A DNA stretch of 61,884 bases, the filler included, from Basidiobolus ranarum (lineage: Eukaryota), in the NCBI GenBank assembly GCA_040143965.1. It is 4 parts of 4 records of this genome, joined end to end, with 100 filler letters (N's around TTAATTAATTAA, not from the genome) between each part and the next. Parts side by side here need not be neighbours in the genome. Positions count along the whole stretch, not along the records: positions 46,536 to 61,884 come from JASJQH010007257.1; 3 more parts are not named here. One strand, written 5' to 3'. A model generated the notes under the pieces. The model did not search any database. It saw nothing but the letters and a program-made list of their open reading frames with translations, and had not been told where the DNA came from. The translations under genes were made by a program, and so were the position numbers. Positions within the stretch are counted from its first letter, which is position 1. Each line of letters begins with the position of its first letter. Positions 56,803 to 61,884 of the stretch are shown here, one piece after another.

Positions 56803-56923
56803 GACGGTTAACGTTCTTTCAACTGGTTTTCTTATTCACAAACGATACTAGAAAGAGTTTACTCACCTTTAGCCTACTTAGTACTAACTTTTCTCTCCTC
56901 CCTTCCCCTCCCCCAATTTCAGC

Positions 56924-59071
56924 ATGGAGACCATAAACACCGCACAAGAAGAGCGTCGACGAATGCTTGAAGAGTTTCGCAAAAGAAAAGAAGAACTGCG
57001 AGGCAACGAACAACAGACAGTGAAGAAAGCCCCTTTAAGCGTTGTTAATAGCGTGAGACGCCCTCCTGCAACTGCCAAAAAGTCTTTTTCGCGTGTTCCT
57101 TATACTACCACCCCAGCTCAACGTGTCACTGAGAGATTGCCAGGAACTTTAGTTCCTAAGCGACTCGTCTTACAGCAAAATCATACCCGCTCTCTTCAGT
57201 CTTCAAACGCCCAGCCCAAAGAAACAGGGAATGCTTCTCGTTTTCGAACTCCCGCTAACAAATCTATCTCAAGTAGAACCACTTCTGTTGCTACAAGGAC
57301 CACGAGCAATAGACTAACTAGTGGCACCTTAAGCTCAAATTTGAAGTCTCAGAAGCTACAGCAGCCTGCTCATAAGGTTTCTCCTAAAACTACTAGAAGA
57401 AGTAAGCTTGTTCATAAAAAGCGCTCACCAATGGCCTCCAGGAACAGTCCAAGAGTGAACCTTACTGCTCATCGTGTTACGCAGGTTTCTGTCAGACGTG
57501 GACCATTTAATGATGTTACCCTCACATCTCTTCGTAAACCAGCACAAAGAGCCGAGGTACCCCATTCTGTCTTAAGGACGCCTCGACGCTCTCTCAAATA
57601 TGCTACCATATCTACCCAAACTTCGCCATGTATGATCGTTAAACTTGAGCCTATTGATACTCCTGAGCCTCAAGAGGCATCCAAATCGGTTGAAAATACT
57701 CAAGAAGAGGGTTCGGAAAACGTTGCCTCGATTGTGCATAAATTCCATTTGATTCAAAAGCAGCAAATGGTTGCATCTAAAAGGCCATTGTTCACAATTC
57801 CAACCCCTAAGCTTCTACAGGTAATTGATCCAATCACTAAAGAGGTTCTGTATGAGGAATTTGTCCCTTCTCGTGGGATCTCTTTTCTTCGTTTATCGAA
57901 AGTGATTGAATATGCTAAGACTGGTGAGGTGGAAGCTACTCGAGCAATGTTTGAAATACTTGGTGTGCCTCCCAAGTCAGGGACCGTGCATATCATTTAC
58001 ACTGCTGACTATTGGATAGAGCGTTCGAAGTTTGAAGAAAAATGCGGAAATATCGATGAAGCTCTCAAGCTACTCCAAAAGGGTAAAGAGATGAAAGCCA
58101 AACCTGCCAAAGCAGTCAAAGCAGCAATCAACAGCTTCATTAGTCGCCATGTCGAGTTCAGAAGTCAAGTGGAAACTGAGCCTATACATATTCGATTCCA
58201 AATGGATGAAGCACTGAGTCCTCACTTATCACAAGAAGACTCTATTAAGCGTGAAGTGATGTCCGAAAGTCCTGAAAAGAGTTTAGGATTTGCCAATGTC
58301 TGCACCATGAATCAAGAAGCCTCCCAAATCTTCAACGATAATACTACTCCACACTTAAACAAAATCCAAAAAGAGGATGCAGGTCTCTTTCAACATCTTC
58401 GCGAAGTCAACCGTAGCCCATTTTTGAGTGATGATGAAGATGATATTATACCACCAGTACTGGAGTCCAACGTTACGTTCAGTGAAGAGTCAGATACCGA
58501 GGAGACTAATGTGGAAATCTTGGCCAATAATAACTCAAATGAATTTGAGGATATGACCAGTATGTTTAACGAGGTTACTTTGGATGAATGTAAAGACAAA
58601 GGTTCAGTTAATATAATGACACCTATGAAAGTCAATCAAAAAAATCGTGGTAAGTCTGGCGCCTCTTCTGTACTGACTTCTGTTCGTCGTTCAGCTCGAT
58701 TGCTCCATATGGATAGCCCCGCTACTGACATGACTACACCTCAAGTAGACCTTGAGCAACAGCTATTGAGCAAGAAACCCTCCGGAAAGCGAGTTGAAAC
58801 TATGAAGGAGCAGCTGGAGCATGAGGTCGAAGGCGACTCTAGTCAATTAGTATATGCTTGCATCACTCCATCACGTAAACTTCGTCAATCCTTAGATTGT
58901 AATGTGGTACTCACACCAGTGCGTAGGTCTGCCAGGTTGGCACGTAATGCCGATAAGCTTCCCCCTTCTCTTCGTCACCAAAGCCAAACGTTCAATAACT
59001 TGAGTGAACTTCCAGAAGATATGGATTTTGCGTGGGTGCCTAATGATTCTGTAGATGTTAGAAAGAATTAA
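56924..59071 (+). CDS. CKAP2/CKAP2L-like microtubule-associated protein (putative), intronless, 715 aa
   Basis: N-terminal EERRRMLEEFRKRK, basic S/T/P-rich region, helical block YWIERSKFEE...AKP, and C-terminal LTPVRRSARL...KLP..L......SLSEL-like...F.WVPN. Confidence 0.65.
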   Translation: METINTAQEERRRMLEEFRKRKEELRGNEQQTVKKAPLSVVNSVRRPPATAKKSFSRVPYTTTPAQRVTERLPGTLVPKRLVLQQNHTRSLQSSNAQPKETGNASRFRTPANKSISSRTTSVATRTTSNRLTSGTLSSNLKSQKLQQPAHKVSPKTTRRSKLVHKKRSPMASRNSPRVNLTAHRVTQVSVRRGPFNDVTLTSLRKPAQRAEVPHSVLRTPRRSLKYATISTQTSPCMIVKLEPIDTPEPQEASKSVENTQEEGSENVASIVHKFHLIQKQQMVASKRPLFTIPTPKLLQVIDPITKEVLYEEFVPSRGISFLRLSKVIEYAKTGEVEATRAMFEILGVPPKSGTVHIIYTADYWIERSKFEEKCGNIDEALKLLQKGKEMKAKPAKAVKAAINSFISRHVEFRSQVETEPIHIRFQMDEALSPHLSQEDSIKREVMSESPEKSLGFANVCTMNQEASQIFNDNTTPHLNKIQKEDAGLFQHLREVNRSPFLSDDEDDIIPPVLESNVTFSEESDTEETNVEILANNNSNEFEDMTSMFNEVTLDECKDKGSVNIMTPMKVNQKNRGKSGASSVLTSVRRSARLLHMDSPATDMTTPQVDLEQQLLSKKPSGKRVETMKEQLEHEVEGDSSQLVYACITPSRKLRQSLDCNVVLTPVRRSARLARNADKLPPSLRHQSQTFNNLSELPEDMDFAWVPNDSVDVRKN

Positions 59072-59364
59072 TATTTGAAGGTCGTTTCTTTCGTTGTTAA
59101 CTGACATTGTGTTATGTCAGCAGCAACTCTTATGTGTATAGTTGAAGTATATCTAGCATTTGTAATGATGACCCTATTATATTATATTACGATATTTTGA
59201 GGCTAGCTGGGTCATGATCGAATTTTCCAATAAATTTCACGAAGAATAACAAAAATAGTTTCTCGCTTTTTATGCAGACACGTCGGAACAAGTAAAGATA
59301 CGATCAATAAACATCGGATTTTAATTATACGCTCGAAATATACAATATTTGTTTATTCAACGAA

Positions 59365-60822
59365 CTAAGGCTCAGCCGATTCTCCTCTTTTGTCCTTGAT
59401 GGAGTATTTGCCGTAGTCTTTCTCAGGGTCGTAAGGTTCCCACCGGGATGCAGGGAATATGTGCTTATTTCTCTCGTACCATGCCCTTTCTACAATTTTG
59501 CCTGCATGTGACTACAAAATAAGGAAAGATGGTTATATCTCAGAGTTAGTGGCTCGTATTCAAGTGAATCTGTATACCTCTTCCTTTTCAACCGCAGCAT
59601 CGTTAACAAGGCGAATATCTTCCTTTACATCGAAACTGAAGATTGGTCCGGATTTACCCCTGACTTTGTTTATAATAAAGTCGTAGAAAGTATAATGCTA
59701 CATATGCTAAGTCAGTATATGGAGCGATAATTATAGAAAGAGTAGAGCATACATGTTGAATGATGAGATCTTCTTTGATGTACATCAAATTGTCTACGTG
59801 GACACCCCTAATATCCGGAATTTGCTCGCGGCACTTGATAAGAAAGGTAGAGATAGTATCTCCTTTCTTGCACTATAGTATCCCTGAATGAGTACATGAT
59901 GATTGATAAATATCTCTGAAGTTGTACCTTTGTGGATTTTCTGTGCCCTCTTCCGTCCCAGTAACTCCAAGTAATCTCTATTTCTTGATCTGAATTGTGG
60001 TGACTGAGTTAGAATTACGCTCTAAATGCTATTCTTCAGACACAAAATAGTAACCTTTAATCATTTCTTGCTTCTTGAGCCATTCCACGCGAAGTTCCTC
60101 TCTCTGTCGTTTCTCCTCGGCTTCTCTCTCACGATCAGGTAAGAAACTCGTGTCAACAGAAGGATTTTTCCCAAACTTTGGTTTTTTGATCTCTTTAACT
60201 ATCTCTGCTGAATCTCATACGATTAATTCTGAGAAACCAAGAATCGAAAAGAAAAAAATTCTAAATGACTTACCATCCTTTTCTTCCGTTTCTCCATCTT
60301 CTTCTCCATCCATGGCAAAAGATAGACGTGTAGTTTCCTTCTTTTTCTTCTTCCTTTTCTTTTTGTCATCGCTGGAAAGAAAATAGAAAAGTACATCGAG
60401 ATAAGTTGCTTAGAAAAAAATTCGAGGGATTAGAAAGTTGAACTCACTCTTTAACTAAAGTTTGAGCTGCCTCTTGAGCACGTCTTAACTCGATCTCCGA
60501 ACGAATACGTTGAAAATCTTCCAATTGTACCAAACCGATGGTAGATTTTTTCAATATAGTCTCAGTAGAGTCATTTTGAGATACGAATTTATCAGACCCA
60601 ATGCGGACTTTACTATCCTTAAATAAAATAACTAACGTTATCAAAAAGAACTCAATAAAAAGTGTTTCCTTTCACCAACGTAAGTTGAGACCAGTTCTAT
60701 TGAAGTCATACTTTGGTGATCTGTTCTCGTTTCTTTTCAAACTCCTCCATCATTTTCTGCCTCTGCTTCTCTAGCATTACTTGCCTCAGACCTTCAGAGC
60801 TACCTCCCTTATATTCGGCCAT
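59365..60822 (-). CDS. XAP5: XAP5/FAM50 family nuclear protein; multi-exon
   Basis: [46 protein letters not shown]-like [50 protein letters not shown]. Confidence 0.93.
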
Positions 60823-61159
60823 TATACTATACGAATTGTCACGAAACGCGAGCTATACTTGGAATATACTAACTCTGCTAGGTTTCGTTTCCTTGTATTA
60901 TCCCTAGTTTTTTACATAAATATATCATTCCCTCACGTGACTGAATAATTTAAATATTCTGCTTGCATCCAACTAATTTGTACAGTAAGTTAAATATGCG
61001 CTCAAGTCTCAGTTGCGTTTTATTACATGGATTTGATAGTCAATGAATGATCCTTAATCCTATATATATATATTTTTTGTTCTTGTTTCATTTCTAACTC
61101 CAGGCTTTTTAATTCATATAAGTTGAGGTTAGAGATCAATATGCTTCAATTTTGTATTT

Positions 61160-61665
61160 AGAGTTTGCCAAATTTGTGATGATGTACAGAATTAAATAGA
61201 AGAGAATTGTTATGATGAACATTTTGAATCAAAAAAAATTGTATACATATTGCACTTGGTATAATTTTGAATGTGTTGCAAATAATGAGTACCATAATAT
61301 ATTCTCTATATTTGTCAACAAATAACTTGCAAATTGGACAACATTTAGACAAAGCTAATATCTTTCAAAATATCAACTTTTTCAGAATATCCATACTTTC
61401 CTCATTTAAAAGCAACTTAATCAGAGTGGTACCAGTATTTTGCACAACTTGTGTTGAGATGAGCATTTCCTTAATACATATATAGTCATATATAGCTTGG
61501 CATTTGGTTATTCTATATTGAACTAAGATATTATCCAGTATTCTCAATTGGAACTTATTAGAATATTCTCATCAACTCATATTTTCTTAGACATATAGAT
61601 TTTTCAAATATCTGCTAGAAGCCCTTAGCTTTGCAGATGTGTTCCTGGGTCCTTCTTGTTGGAGG
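61160..61665. repeat. Further copy of the AT-rich repeat (61460-61665) next to a possible Gypsy integrase Zn-finger relic (minus strand, 61160-61440)
   Basis: catatatagtcatatatagctt...ctaagatatt...ttctcaattgg...atatagatttttcaaa..tgctagaagccc..agctttgca matches 46536-47010. Minus strand reads LKDISFV/KCCPICK. Confidence 0.6.
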
Positions 61666-61884
61666 ATCTTGACATAATGGGTGTAGACTTTGAGTATTAG
61701 AAGCAACTTATGATAGTGTGTTTTAGTTACTTTATTCTCAAGAGTATATGGTGACATATATAGTAGAAAAGTAAATCAATTGTTTGAGATATTCAGGAGT
61801 TTGTGTAATAAGATATAATAGATAAGTGGGGATAATAAGACATACTGTTATATAGATATAGAGATATTCCTATTTAGAATATAG

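Overview
Eukaryotic, intron-rich, AT-rich genomic DNA with short (~50-100 nt) GT-AG introns. It is most likely from an early-diverging fungus (Zoopagomycota/Mucoromycota, Basidiobolus-like by inference). The window is four unlinked contigs (1-15433, 15534-30953, 31054-46435, 46536-61884) of decreasing length, joined by artificial N44-TTAATTAATTAA-N44 spacers, so adjacency across spacers means nothing. Contig 1: putative zinc metallopeptidase, ROCK/MRCK/citron-like kinase, METTL16, CCT4, RPL12, EAF6, truncated alginate lyase-family gene. Contig 2: GPI-protein fragment, secreted orphan, 7TM protein, RCL1, hypothetical proteins, histidine phosphatase, SEN2. Contig 3: GFA1, CYS3, two divergent ABCA genes. 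Contig 4: retroelement debris, PDR-type ABCG transporter, TM9SF, a CKAP2-like protein, XAP5/FAM50. Most notable observations: (1) GFA1 is enclosed by >=340-bp inverted repeats with an identity gradient and carries a one-base frameshift; (2) a head-to-head ABCA pair resembling the C-half and N-half of one transporter; (3) a U12-type minor intron in RCL1; (4) a fungal CKAP2/TMAP-like protein; (5) a ROCK/citron-like kinase ending in a CaaX box. All family calls come from recalled motifs; no searches were run.
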